From assembly GCF_026571515.1 (NCBI RefSeq), contig NW_026864328.1:1-64000 (forward strand): a DNA stretch of 64,000 nt, written 5' to 3'. Every line of letters begins with the position of its first letter. Position 1 is the stretch's first letter. The notes under the pieces were generated by a model, which was given only the letters and a program-made list of their open reading frames with translations, did not search any database and was not told where the DNA came from. This document shows positions 1-13,250 of this stretch, piece by piece. The position numbers and the translations under genes are program-made. The stretch is from Ruditapes philippinarum (lineage: Eukaryota).

Positions 1-2770
1 CATTCAGTAGTGCACCGGACAAAATATGTTAAGAAAATGTAGTATGGGTTATAAAACATTTTTTCAGTGCTTTTATATGTGTTTCCGTTTAGACTAATAT
101 AATGCATTTTAATGTATTGTTATTGTGTTGTAAACTGTTGTATGAACAATTCGGCAAACAGATTCTAGTGTCTGACTTTTGATCATTTATCATATTCCAA
201 GAGGTAATTAAGTAAATTTCGTCGGAATGCAATATTAATTGAAAATTTACATTACTTATTAATATAACTAATCGGAAAACCTGGTTCATCATGCTTATAT
301 TTTTTTTATCTATTTAAAATATATTCCATTATCAAAATTAGGTCAACAAAAAACATTTGAGCAAGCAGAAATGTACATTAACAAGCATTACCTTTATGAA
401 TATTTTTTGAAGGTAGTTAAACATACAAACATTAAAAACGCTTTCAGCATAATTATAAAATACGACAGTTTGATTCATTTAAATCATGAGCATAATTATT
501 CATAATAAATGATATTTAAATCATGTATCGCGAAGAAAAATATGTGTATTTATCGATTTCAAGTTGTCTCATTATTTGCTGTTCGGTGAATTGCATTACG
601 ATCACAAATACCTTGTTATATGAAACGTCCTGTCAGTTTTTGTTTTGAATTTGTTGTTGTTGTTTGGTTCTTATTTTTTTAACTGTTAAATAATTTAATG
701 CTTTGTTCATACAAATCTTGAATATATGTTTAAATTTGAGTTTATAACACGTACGCAGTGAAAAAAGGGATACATTTTCGCTTTCGGTGGCGAAGTCTTA
801 TATATTCATATCATGAGTACATACAGAATTCTAAGAAAACATTGAACCTACATCATCTATTAAACTTTATTCCAGATATATTGTTAGATTATATGCAGTC
901 TCATAAAATACTTTCGAGAGCAATAAGCTTGTTGAGCATACAAACTTTGCCAAATTTTGATATACGTATCAATTAACATGGTAATTGTTTGTGCTGAAAC
1001 CAAATTGTGTTTTGTAACACCAGACAAAATGAAAATAAGAATATTCTGATGTTATAATGGAAAAACAGGTGCAGCAGGAAAATAATTAATGTTTTGAGGG
1101 TGTTAGCGAAAACAAACGGGAAAGTGTAAATGGTCTTATACTTGTTATTATTAATATAGCAAAAGAGAACACTTGTTAGTTTTTTTTGTATTCAAAGATA
1201 GCATGGACATAAATGAAAACTAAAATAAGATGTTAAAAATTTAAAGGACAAAATTGGATCGAATGAATAAGATGAAATTAAATAAAGAGCGGTAAGTAAT
1301 AATGGTTGAATGAATAAAGTTATACTGACCAGATTTTGTGTGGTAAGCATTTTATGTCCAAAAGATAATTATAAAAGGCCCAAGGTTTTCATAATGTCAT
1401 GACGAATATAAAACAGTTTTATAAATACTATAATAAAACATTTATTTTCATTTTGCATATAACCGTTGAAACATTATTAGAAACGGGATCACTTTTATAC
1501 AACAATTATTTAACAATTTGGTTTTGCATTCACGTTTTAAATGGAATTTGTCTATTTGTCTGTAAAATTATAGCATGTTACCGCAGCATAGTTTGCCTAA
1601 AAGTTCTCACAATTAAGAAACGTTCTTATATGAAGTTATTTAAATTCTTTAAACGTTCACGTAAAAAGACATTTCTTCAAAATAATAACAACTGTATGAG
1701 ACTTAATGAGTTACCAATATGTGAATAAGTATTCTTATTCTTTAAAACAATTTCCTGTTTTCCTTTAATTGTATGTTTCTAGATTACATGGCGTCTTTTT
1801 AAAGTATGGAAAATAACCGTTACGGCTTTTGTCCTTAAAACTAGTGATGTTCCGATTGTCGCAAGTTGCCGATAATCAGTTACTGTTATGTAAAGCGACA
1901 ATAATCGATTCACAAAAATTTGTTTCGCGACATCGCCGAAAATGTTTTAAGTATCAAAGATAATTAATTCTGATGGTAATTTTCTTTTAGGAACAGACCT
2001 CACTGATCACAAAAAGAATTATCTCAGAGACAATTTGGAGTTGAAAAGATCAATACGTGATATAAACAATAGTTATATAATGTGATGTGAATGTTATTAT
2101 GTAACATCCATTGAAAAATAAAATCTATTTCGTAAAATAATGACTATATAAGGTTAAAACTGTGCTGAAAAGTGCTAAATGAAGTTCATGTTACTGAATA
2201 TAATCAACTGCCTTGGGAAGAAATGTTACTTTCCTATTTCTTTTTAAAGCGACTTTATTCGAAAAATTATCGATTATGTCCCATCCGATTGAACCGATGA
2301 TCGATTGGAACAAATTTCATCCGATTTCCATCACTACTTAAAACGTCTTGCTGGGTTATTCAGATACAGTTCAGGTACAGAGTTAATTACAGAGTGCGAA
2401 CAAAGCTTTTGTCATTCATTGCTAGCAACAGCAATACCTTGCAGGGTATATGCGTCGCATATGACAATTGCAGGATACTGAAACGGATGTAATAAGGGAG
2501 GTATTCTAATGCAAATTGGCATGACTGAACCATTAAATGTTTGCGCATCTTATCATTTTATGTTAAATAAATATGTAATGATCCGCCCACTGGGTGATCA
2601 AAACAAGTAAGGAAATATGAAAGCCAGTGCAATGAATAATTTGTGTATATGATATTAATTTATCTGTCTAGTAATAAATACTACAGTTGATACAATGTAC
2701 TGATAAGAAATGAGAAAGTGAGACTTCCAGTGTTGGTCTCTTTTTGTTCATTTCAGTGTTGGTCTCTTCT
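1..2770 (+). repeat. Copy A: direct-orientation paralog of ~22680-26460, running off the window start
   Basis: Examples: ttcggcaaacagattc (150 and 22855); gaaaaacaggtgcagcaggaaa (1061 and 24651); aaacggatgtaat...tgcaaattggcatg (2480-2523 and 26167-26209); gtaatgatccgcc (2575 and 26261). Confidence 0.92.
1842..2336. mobile_element. Non-autonomous hAT-type MITE, 495 bp
   Basis: Termini TAGTGATG...CATCACTA. Perfect 8-bp TSD cttaaaac (1834-1841 and 2337-2344). Subterminal CCGAT/ATCG repeats. Absent from the paralogous site in copy B (~29310-29335). Confidence 0.88.
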
Positions 2771-5700
2771 TGTTTATTTCAATGTCTTTAATAATTACAT
2801 CTGAAATTAGCAAGTTCATATAAGATCGACTATTCAGAGTGTATAATATATGATGATTAACTTTGCCTGAGATATCTGCAAACTTAGTAAAGTTTTGTAT
2901 CTGAATATAAGTCAAAGTCTTTTTCCTACAATTCAATAGGTATACACACGAATATTTCGTTATTGAAGATGATCTTCTTGTTTCGTTTTGTAACCATCCG
3001 TTGAATATCCCTAAACAAAAAGTTCACTTTGTCTTTGACTGTATGTGTACAGATAAAATTAAACCACTTTCTCAATGTTAATCAGATCAATTAAAACCTA
3101 AAGATATATTTAGCCAGTAAAGGGTGTGGAAAATGTAGCAATTTACATTAACTCTAAGTATATGACTGTATAAAACCTGTTTTAATTCTATTTACATGCA
3201 ACAACTAAATCTTTTAGTAGCTTTCATTACCATTTTGTATATATTTCATGATTTAACACGTTTTGAAAAGGAATATTTCAATTCTATTGTAAAATTGATT
3301 TATTAATGACAAATTCTGTATTAATACTCATTCGGATAATTTGGAACGCCAATGTTGTTCAGTAATGTCAGAAGCAACTTTTAATCATTTATTTTGACTT
3401 TTCAATGAGGAGTTAAGTAAAATCAAAACAGCTTACTTTGTACATATTGTGTGAAAAAATCAGTTCAATACAGATAATGTCATACGGTAAATTTAAATCC
3501 CGCTAAATTTTACGAAAATAATGCATGACCAATGAAATTCTACTATATCATAATTGAAAACGATTTCCGTCTGCATCAGAAAACGGAACGATATTTATTA
3601 TTGCAATGCCGGTTATTGCACAGATATTTCTTTGGATATCAATTTTGAATAATTATGTGTTTCTTGTTGGCTGCAAGAATATATCATTTTTCATTTCACA
3701 ACAGATAATTTTGTCAAGAAACAAATACATATAATAAATCAAACATATTTTTCACACTACATATTGTAAGGATTGGTATCATTGAAATATACAGAATGAG
3801 AGTTCAATAAGTATTTGTTTGTATTTTCTCAATTTATGCAAAGGGATTTTTTGTCAAAGGATTGGAATTGTAAAACCTTAACAAGTTTTTGTACACATTG
3901 TTAAACAAATAATATAATACCACCATCTTTATACGAAGCCAATTACGTAAACATGTATTTATTGCTTAAATTACGTGAAAGAAAGATCCTTAATTTTCCT
4001 TCAAGCACTTAAATGATTAAATTACACAAAGAATGAATATTGCATTTTTAAAAAAGATTGGCAAGATATGTATTTCCACTGAATTATATTGTTACGAAGG
4101 CTAAACGATGATGACAAATCGTAGTAACATATAAAGATCCAACCATCTATCATTAAAAGAATGAATTGCAATTTTGTCATTCTTTTTTAACAATTTAATT
4201 ACATTCTTCTGCATATTGCATTTAATTGGTTGCAATTAAGTGCGAGTTACGATAAATCAAATACACCGTGACATATTTACAATTCTCGCTTTCTGCATGT
4301 ACGAATTGATTGTTTAAATATTTTTATAATGACTAAATAAATTTGAGTTATCTCATTATTTTGAAACCATCATTATACAAGACCGCTTTTCAGTTTGAAT
4401 ATACAATAAAAATTGTTGAAACAGATTTGCTCGAATTGGTGAATAAATAGATAGCATGGTTGATGTTAATCCTTAATCCGTAACCAATGCTATGCAATTC
4501 ACGGATAACATTGTTTTTTTCACATAAATGATGATAGAACAAGGTTAGTGTCATTTACCATGCGTCCAATAACAGTTGAATTAAAGTATCGTCATCTACA
4601 GAGAAATGGTAACATGTCAGTGAAAACATCGATTAATCAAGTTTATTTGTGATTTATTTTTAATAATAATTACTGCACTGAATCTAAAACACTTGAGATT
4701 ACATCGTATATATCATATTCAACACATTTATTTTTCAAATTATGAATATTGGAAAATATCTAAATATGATTACTTTAATTAAGAATTGAATTAAAATGCT
4801 CGTAATGGGTGTTAAAGATAATTTGAGTTTGAAAGGTTATTTTAGAACATAATGTTTGAATGTTAATATAAACTGAACATTTTTCAAACACGAGGAACTC
4901 TAATTAGGTTTGTGACATACGCATTCATGATATCAATAAACAAATATTATATAGAAATGTTGCAACAGCTAATAACATATAACTTTACTGCAGACAAAGT
5001 TTTTAAGACCGGATTTTAACTTAATTCCCTACACAATCGTTAATATGTAAACCAAGTGAAGAGGACGTACGTATTTCACATTCTTTTTAATCTAACAACG
5101 TGTATGATTCTTTATTGAACAACTGATAATTACTTTTTTTGAAATTCAAATGGCGCATTAGTATATTAAACCGATGCACTAGCTGAGAAATTTGATCAAT
5201 AAAACAATTGGCATTTCACTTTGTTGTAGCGAGCGCCAATAACAATATCCGAACAGTGAAGAATTTGCGGTAAAGGTTAAACTTGACAGTTATTATGATA
5301 ATTGAAAGCGTCTACCTGCAAAGATATAAAGCCTTAATAGCAACAAAAACCATAGGAAAGAATAATAAGTGTTTGAGATTAAGATTATATTTTTTAATGA
5401 AAACGCAATAAAAACAATAATTTATTTTAGATATGGATAAAGTGACAATAAAATCAGAAGTGAAAGTGCCAAAGTAAAAATAAACTTTCATAATAGATAT
5501 ATTGAATATGTAACAGTGATAATGATTGACGTTGCTTATGCTTAATATTTTAAGACATATTATGACATACTTACAACGAATTATTGATAAAAACTTACTC
5601 TAACATGTTCTTATCGCAAACCTGAAATAAGTATTACATGTATAAAAACATAAAACTGTTCTAAACTGTTTTTAGCATCTTTGATGTGTTTTCTTTTCCA

Positions 5701-7267
5701 TTCCGCGTTCCATTGATCGATGTCACCTCGTTCTTCTGATTTAAAGCTGCATGCCTCCAGATGAGTCAAACTATTTCAAGAAAACAAACTTGAGAATAAT
5801 CTACTGAGATTTTAATAAAAGTAAATTTTAAAAGATTCATCATTATAAAAGTAATACTTTCCATGTTATGTGCAATAAATTACCGAAATTACCGATTTTG
5901 CGTTATTTTTCAACATATTGTTACTGCGTTACTAAGCAGAAAGGGTTATTTATTTGCATAATTATTATGACCTCCTTTTTGGTACTTTACATGGGTTGTT
6001 AGTGCTGTTTACAATGTGTAAGCTTGTGTCTTTGTTCACTATACGTTTACGCCCCTAAACACATGCTTAACCAGAATTCAACTTAAATTATCATGAACTG
6101 GTATTTCTGATTATTTTGAAACATCATATGGCGGTTGTCATGGAACCTTCAATGTGACACGTTAGTGCCATTCCATGAAAAGCGGTATATGGTTCCCAAG
6201 TAAAACAAATGTGTGTGTCCTTAACGAGAAAACAACGGGCGAAACTAAATAAAAAGAAATTTTGAAATGGGATCAGACGTTACACACAGACTAGCGTAAA
6301 AAGTTATGTTGGCATAACGTTTTACCCTTTTCACACCTAATCTTATAATGAACATACCACTTTTAACCACCCTTCCTATTTCATCAAATTTCATACTTTC
6401 TAGAGTTACATGCAGCTTCTGATCAATATCTTTATTTCAAGGGAGCAATAAAATGCGTTTTTCAATTCTACGAATTTCGACAGTTATTTTTTATTTCTTT
6501 TTATTTTGCAAATTTATAGGAGCAATAAATTTATTACATCTTTTGTTTATTTCTATGGAATTCGGCAGTTATTTTCTTTGCAAATTTACAATTTTTTATG
6601 ACGTTAATGTGCTACTCATAACGATATTGATAGAAACCATACTCACCTGTATTCCTCTGTTCAATACGACTTTTTAAAAATATTTTGTTTGTGTTCTTCT
6701 GCAGTTCAGAAGCACTACATGAGCACACATACACACAACGTTTATTATTTTAACAGTTGAGCCTTCAAAATAATATATCCGAACCGAGGTTAACTTAAGT
6801 TATATATTTATACGACTTTTAGGGTTTTTAATGATCTGTTTGTTATTTGGGGTTTTTTTCTTTCTTTTTTTTGTGTTGTTCATTTTTTTAATTATTATTT
6901 GTTCTGAGAAATTGACATTGAAGTAATACGTGCTTAAGATATTTACTCTGCATTAATTAAAAAAAGAGGTTGGGTTGAAGTTGAACATTAACCTAACATT
7001 AAAACCGTAATTATACTTAAACAATACAAATATTAACATTTAAAAAATTTGAAAAAGTTCTCGAAACGTTCAATTTTATTATCAATTTAATTTTAAAAAG
7101 ATGCTTCAAAAGTACATTAAATTTTCTCAAATACGAGAGGTTACAATAAAGAAGTGTATGATGGTTTTTGAGATTTCTGTCTTGAGATGTCTATGTGTAT
7201 AACTCGTGTTTGCAAAATATTTATAACCAACATCTCTTAGATTTTACAGATAAACGGTACTTTCTAG

Positions 7268-7703
7268 CACATATAAGGAAACTCCAAAAATAGACGATAG
7301 TCCGATTCAGACCCACAATCATTTGCGCGCTTCGGTGATAATCGGGCTTTCCCGCTAGTCTGCGATTTTCACGCTATCGTTAAACGTCGGCGATATCCAT
7401 GAATTATTGCTTACATTGCCGACATGGATTTTCATCGGAGAAATGTTTGTGTGGAAAAGTGTGTTTTGTACGTTTTAGAATACATAGCTATTGCTTCTTA
7501 TGTAAGTAGAAAATGTTTAGTCTTTTTTGTTGATGTACCTCCGGGAATTTAATATGGCGGTATTTTAGCTACTTTTACCGAGGATGCATCAAATCTCGCA
7601 AAATCTCGCGACATATGATAACTTGCGGCAATACAATTCCGCCGATACTGATTTTAACTGTGTGACGTCACAGTTTCTTCTCCATCTTATATTTATATCC
7701 ATG
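7268..7703. mobile_element. Non-autonomous DNA transposon, P-element-like (CA...TG ends, 7-bp TSD), CpG-rich
   Basis: TSD tttctag at 7261-7267 and 7704-7710. Ends are cacatataagg... and ...cttatatttatatccatg, so the TIR is imperfect. Empty site in the right arm at ~55035-55055. The superfamily call is inferred from the termini and TSD length. Confidence 0.75.
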
Positions 7704-8610
7704 TTTCTAGTCTGCAAACATTTTATACATTTTCAATTAAACAATTCTATTCCCTAGACTAGGAATACTTATTTTTAAAACAAGACTGTTTACTTTGCTT
7801 ACGTAGTAAACATCGCTGCCTTGCTACAATTACGGTCTTGGCATAAAAATGCATAAAACAAAACAAATGTTGAAATATACTTAATGATGAAACTGTTCCA
7901 TAAATTTCATACAAAATTAATCATTTTCTTTCAAGGGTGTCTGTTATCGAATATTAAAGCGTGCTTTATTTTGCTTTATCACGCATGTGCTACATCAGCG
8001 TTTGTATTTGTATATATTATGAGAATCTGTCCATAGTTTACATATTAGGAAACGTCCTATGGATGCATGTTAAGATAAAACATGTACTGAGTGTTTTCTA
8101 AAATATACTGGATTTAACAAAGAGGTTTTAAATAAGTTTTCTTGATTGTGTTTTGAAATTTCGAAATGTTTTCAGAATTAGAGTACAATTAAGAAGCGAC
8201 ACTCAATAGAATCACTAACAGTATAAAATCAATTTATATAGATTTTCATTTAAAAAGTAAATAACCTATATTTTGTATGTAATTTGTTAGAATAGGAATC
8301 AAACAAAAGCTTCCATTTAGACTGAACCCGGCTCTCGGTTTATCAACTGAAACTATACTGTGCCTAAAGTATCCATTTCAATATATTTTGGTCCACCTGT
8401 GCTTCCATTATATTTTTTATTTGATAAAGAAATAAGACTTTCAAAATCTGCAATATCTAGCTTGAAGAACAGTACCCCAGAGAGTAAAATCCATGTCGCT
8501 TTACCTAGGGATAATGGGTTTGATTTCTAATCATGTCATAAACATTATCATTTAAATGAAAAATCAAAATCGTTCAGAACTGTTCCAGATAGTGATTATC
8601 TTAAATTTAA

Positions 8611-8957
8611 AGTGACATTATGCTCATATTTTCATATTCAAGTTGAGCTGAACTGACTATATATTTCAAGATATTGACTGTTAAAATGGTGATTGACCAA
8701 CAGTTCATATTGAAAAAAGTTTAAGATAAAATTTAAAATCTGCCTAATATATAAAAAGACTGCCCCACTCTTTTTTTTAACTGAACGTTACAGGTAAATT
8801 ATAATGGATATTTAAGAACAAATCGTTTTGATCCATGCGTTGCTTAGTGTTAATTTGAAATAATTGTTTTTATTAACAGGAATTATGGCAAAATAAAAAC
8901 TTATTTTGACTTTCACCTGTTCACTCATTTATACACTTGGATGGGCATAATGTCACT
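8611..8957. mobile_element. TTAA-targeting MITE (Kolobok-like termini), 347 bp
   Basis: 16-bp TIR agtgacattatgctca / tgggcataatgtcact with one mismatch. TTAA on both sides (8607-8610 and 8958-8961). The right arm has a single TTAA at the empty site (~54093-54097). Confidence 0.88.
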
Positions 8958-11900
8958 TTAAATAAATTTTGTTTCCCAACTGAGTGATAATAAAAGGTAT
9001 AACACTAATTTACAAGCTTCTGGAAAATTAAATTGAGGAAAATATTCGGGTTTGTGTGTAACTGTTTCAAATAGAGATTTCTGGCTTTGATCAAACATTT
9101 TTATCAGTGTTCTTACACGTATTTCCAAGACGAGTTGTTGTCTGCACCAGGCGTTATTTTTTGTAACAGAATTACTCACTCAGTGCAAGCAGTTAACTTC
9201 AATTCCTTGTATGTGAAAAATGAAATATAAGCATTAAACTTGCATTAAACAAGAATGTTAAAGTTTTCTTTATGGTGAAGATTAAAGGCTTGCAATAAAC
9301 ACCTTCCTATGTTAATGGCTAGCTTTCAATAGTATTTGTCAATGAATATAAAATAAATTTTAGGTGGATTTATCACGCATATGATGCATTAGTATTTGTA
9401 TCCAATGAATGTCAATATGAAAAAACATCATTCTGAAAGAATTTTAGAAAGGAATGTTAAACTTTGATTAAAATATAGGATTGGCTTTTTAACGAATACC
9501 AAAAGAAATATTTCAACAGTAATGCATTAAATGATATATGCTACTTTGAAAAAGAAAATAATAAGAAAAAGATTTAAAGATATAAATAATACAAATTTTA
9601 ATTGCTTGTTATAAATATTTATATATGAATTGTTGTAAACAATGGACTTTTCTCTGCATTTCTTATTCTACATTAGAGACACAGCATGCTCATTCTTGTA
9701 CATATTGTACAACTCTTCATGTAAACGCTTGAAATATTTTACACAGGACGTGGACTACAAATTCCCCCTTTTATTAGAAAATTCATCGTCGGTTACCCAC
9801 GATATATACATGTATATTCCGTAAATTCTAGATAATGTACTATGTACGAAATATATACCGTTGGTAACTGACTATTCAATAAATTGAGATAACCAACAAG
9901 TAAAGTAGATGCTTAACAGTAAATTTGATTTAATATATTTTCTGCCCTGAATGTTTTCTAGTTAGATAAAATCAAACACATTTATTTGAACATAATGTGA
10001 CCATTCAGTTTTTTTTCGAGGATAACTAAGGTTGCTAAATATAATATTTGCTCGTTATGTATACTAATTAATGCGTTATCTAAATACAATACCGAAATGT
10101 TCATGTACATATCATTCTAATAACATTATATATTTATCATGGCCTCTTATAAAGATTATCTTTCAGAAATCTATCACTCGGATAATTTGATTAGAATGTT
10201 AGAAAAGCAAGATAATAATACAGAAAGTGAAAGGCAATTCACTCATTTGACAAACGTTAGTCATACACATATACGCATTGCAAAAAAGGGTATTGTTATA
10301 TATAATTGTTCATTGTCTGCCCTTGTAATGAGCAAACAATTTAATTCAAGGGCAGACAACTCAAAATCGACGTCGATGATTCCATTTTTCACTTGATAAA
10401 CAGATTTTATTGTCATATTCTAAGGTTATGCAAAATCTATAATTTAAAAAAAAATTGTAGTGTGGTTTCATTCCGCTTCATTCCATGTATTAACATTCAC
10501 CAAGACTAACAAATGAAACAATAAAATAAGATATTTGCTCTGAATATATGAATAGTCATATACATGTAACAGGCTTTTAAAACAAAGATGTATGTGACTG
10601 AAGTTATTAAGGAAATACAGCAAAATCTACCTTTTTGTAAAACAAGAAATGTATCCACGGCACATAAACTTACTGCACAGTTTTTTATAGTGATCATGAT
10701 AAAAATACTTTTGAAATGAAATCACTATAAAATTGGACATTCTTACATTTCTCCGTTGTTTTAGATTTTTTTCTGGTGGAATAATATATAAATTGTCATT
10801 TCGTTAAAATAATTCAGGTATTAAATTTAATGAGATGAGAAGATAAATTGTATTCATATTTAAATTTCAAATGTTTTTTTTTGGTTTTTTTTGGGTTGTT
10901 GTTTTTTTTTTCGACTCTTTAAACTGTAGATCATGCTTTTGAGATTTAGGAGAAAAATACTCAATTTATCTCTTAATAATGAGTTTATGGTTTAGCGTAC
11001 TTTTGAGAAGGAACACTGACATTATTCGACTAGCTACCAATAAGGTGGTTATATCATAAGACTATCTTATATTGTCTACAACCTGTCTTATATTATATAC
11101 AGTTTTAACTAAGAAAATTTGATCATTAATATATACTTGCCGATTGATGTCATTTAAATACTTAGAATTGGAAATAAAGTAACTCATCCGAGAATGGGTT
11201 AAGTCAAAACTATCTGACGTGTATCAAATACTTAAGCAGAAAATAATTGTCTAAAAAGAAACAGAAAAAAATGTCAAAATTGAATTTGTAAAGGTCACTC
11301 AGGTCGGCAAAGTTGTCGACTCGGTTTATCCTGAGCAAGTTTGTAAATAACGACAAGGGTAATTGAGAAGAAAAAACACAAGACATGTCATGTTTAGAGA
11401 CTCCAAACTATCGTCATAAAACATCCAAATATATTTGGAACGGAAAATTTTAATAACATTGGTTGTTTAATGCTTTTGAGAAATTCAATGAAGTAATATA
11501 TGCACATATTCCACATCTAGTAGTCAATTTCCATTTTAAATTCGTCTTCCTTAATAACACAATATGATCATAATTTCAAACCTTGTCTATTATTGTAAAC
11601 ATATTTTTTTCTGCATAATAAAGCTCTTTATCTCTGCAGGTATATCATTTTGTGATCATAATTAGTGTCAAGTTTAACATTATAATGTGAATTCATTACC
11701 GTTCGGATATTGTTATTGACGCCCATTAAAAGAAAGTGATAAAGTGCTTGATTTATAACGTTACCAAGGTGAAGAAAACAAAAAAAAGAGAAAAAGGTAT
11801 AATTATCTTTAGTTAGAAAGAAAGCATAAGTTGAAAGGAAAGAAAGGAAAACGAAAGAACAGTGGTCGAATAAATCTACTAAACCTTTTAAAGAAAATAC

Positions 11901-12386
11901 TAGGATGATATTTCAAATATATATGGCAACATAGTAATTAAATAGGTAAACATGAAATGGTCAGACTCAAAATCTTGTAAAATGAATGGGTTTATTTGTC
12001 AATTAATTGAAAACATAATTATTTTATTACAGAAAGTTCACATACATATAAACAGAGAAATTTAAAATAAATGTTAATAAGCTGCATTAATTGACATGCA
12101 CATTAAATACAATAATCATTAATGAAGAGTCTCGTTCATTGAATACAGCTTCAATTATTATACCAAAGTTTGATTTCAACCATATTTTAATGCGATAAAT
12201 GGAAAGACAAAAAAATGTTATTAATAATAATAATAATAATTAAGCAACACACACAAAAATACATACATGTAAGGGCAATTAGAATGAAAAAAAAAATTAT
12301 TTCGCAAAATTAATGACCCTAAATATGTCAAAACAAAAGCAACAGGTTTCCCCCTATAGCACCAAGTCCCAGATGACAACTTGAGA

Positions 12387-12557
12387 TAGCTATCCAGCTA
12401 GCTTACGGAACGTCGGTGGTTCTACTCAGGTGCCCGTTCGTGCCTGAAATAATGCACGGAAGGGCACATGAGGTCTTCCTCCACCAGTAAAGCTGGAACG
12501 TCGCGATATGACCTATACTGTGTCGATGTGACGTAAAACCCAAAACAAACAAACAAA
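12387..12557 (+). mobile_element. 5'-truncated Meta-domain SINE with (AAAC)n tail
   Basis: Core gcttacggaacgtcggtggttctactcaggtgccc...gaaataatgcacgga...gtcttcctccacca matches 59677-59786. TSD acaacttgaga / acaactagaga (12376-12386 and 12558-12568). Empty site in the right arm at ~50295-50320. Confidence 0.88.
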
Positions 12558-13069
12558 ACAACTAGAGAGGCACCAAGTAGGACGGTGGAAAGGAAAATAA
12601 GTAACATGATATTCTTAGCGGCAGGAACCAAAGTGTTTGTTTGTTTTTGTGGGTTTTTTTTGTGTTTTTTTTATAAATATTTTGATTTAGAAAAATGCGC
12701 AAGTTCTATGTAACAAACTACGTTGTATCACCGTAAGTTTATATAATCTAATAATAGTATACTGTATACATTACATTTAGCAATTAAAATTTTTTTAATC
12801 ATTATGGTGAATCATTTGTAAAACAATGCATTCGGTAAGTGCTTTGTGCTTATATATGGGAGGACAGATTTCTTTCACTTTGGATTATTAAAGATCTAAG
12901 TAATCTCCACTGCCCTTTGCAATACATTCATTTTTATTTTTTGTGAATTGTAATACGATGTGAAAACGCTTTCTATATGATGGATGTTTACCAAGTACAG
13001 GAAAAAATGAATGCAATTATTTTGCATGCCGACCTATTCTAAAAAACCTATTTGCTACATTAAAAGTGC

Positions 13070-13250
13070 CATGAACACACACCCTTTCTATAACCTAACA
13101 TTGCCTTTGTCAGTTTAACAAATGGGCCAATAAATTACAAGGAAAAACAAACATGTAGTGGCAGTCGGTAAATATTTGCATGTAATTATTTGCAATTGTT
13201 AATATGCGAAACTAATCATGTCATCATATTCTGAATAAAACATAAATTAA
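13070..13250. promoter_or_regulatory. Candidate conserved non-coding element (partner 49620-49801)
   Basis: 90 bp are identical between arms and only a few differences follow over the next 90 bp. Dense Sox-like (CCTTTGT), posterior-homeodomain (CCAATAAA), Fox (GTAAATA) and octamer (ATTTGCAT) motifs. Confidence 0.45.

Noticed and set aside
5741-6420. Old TTAA MITE bounded by aagctgcatg / catgcagctt
   Set aside because: Only a 10-bp inverted match, no TTAA at the right end, and present in both arms so there is no empty site to confirm it.
12422-12631. Signal-peptide-like ORF (MLLIFLSTVLLGASLVV...)
   Set aside because: Its 3' part is antisense SINE sequence. The right-arm copy has ACG instead of ATG and stops after about 23 codons.
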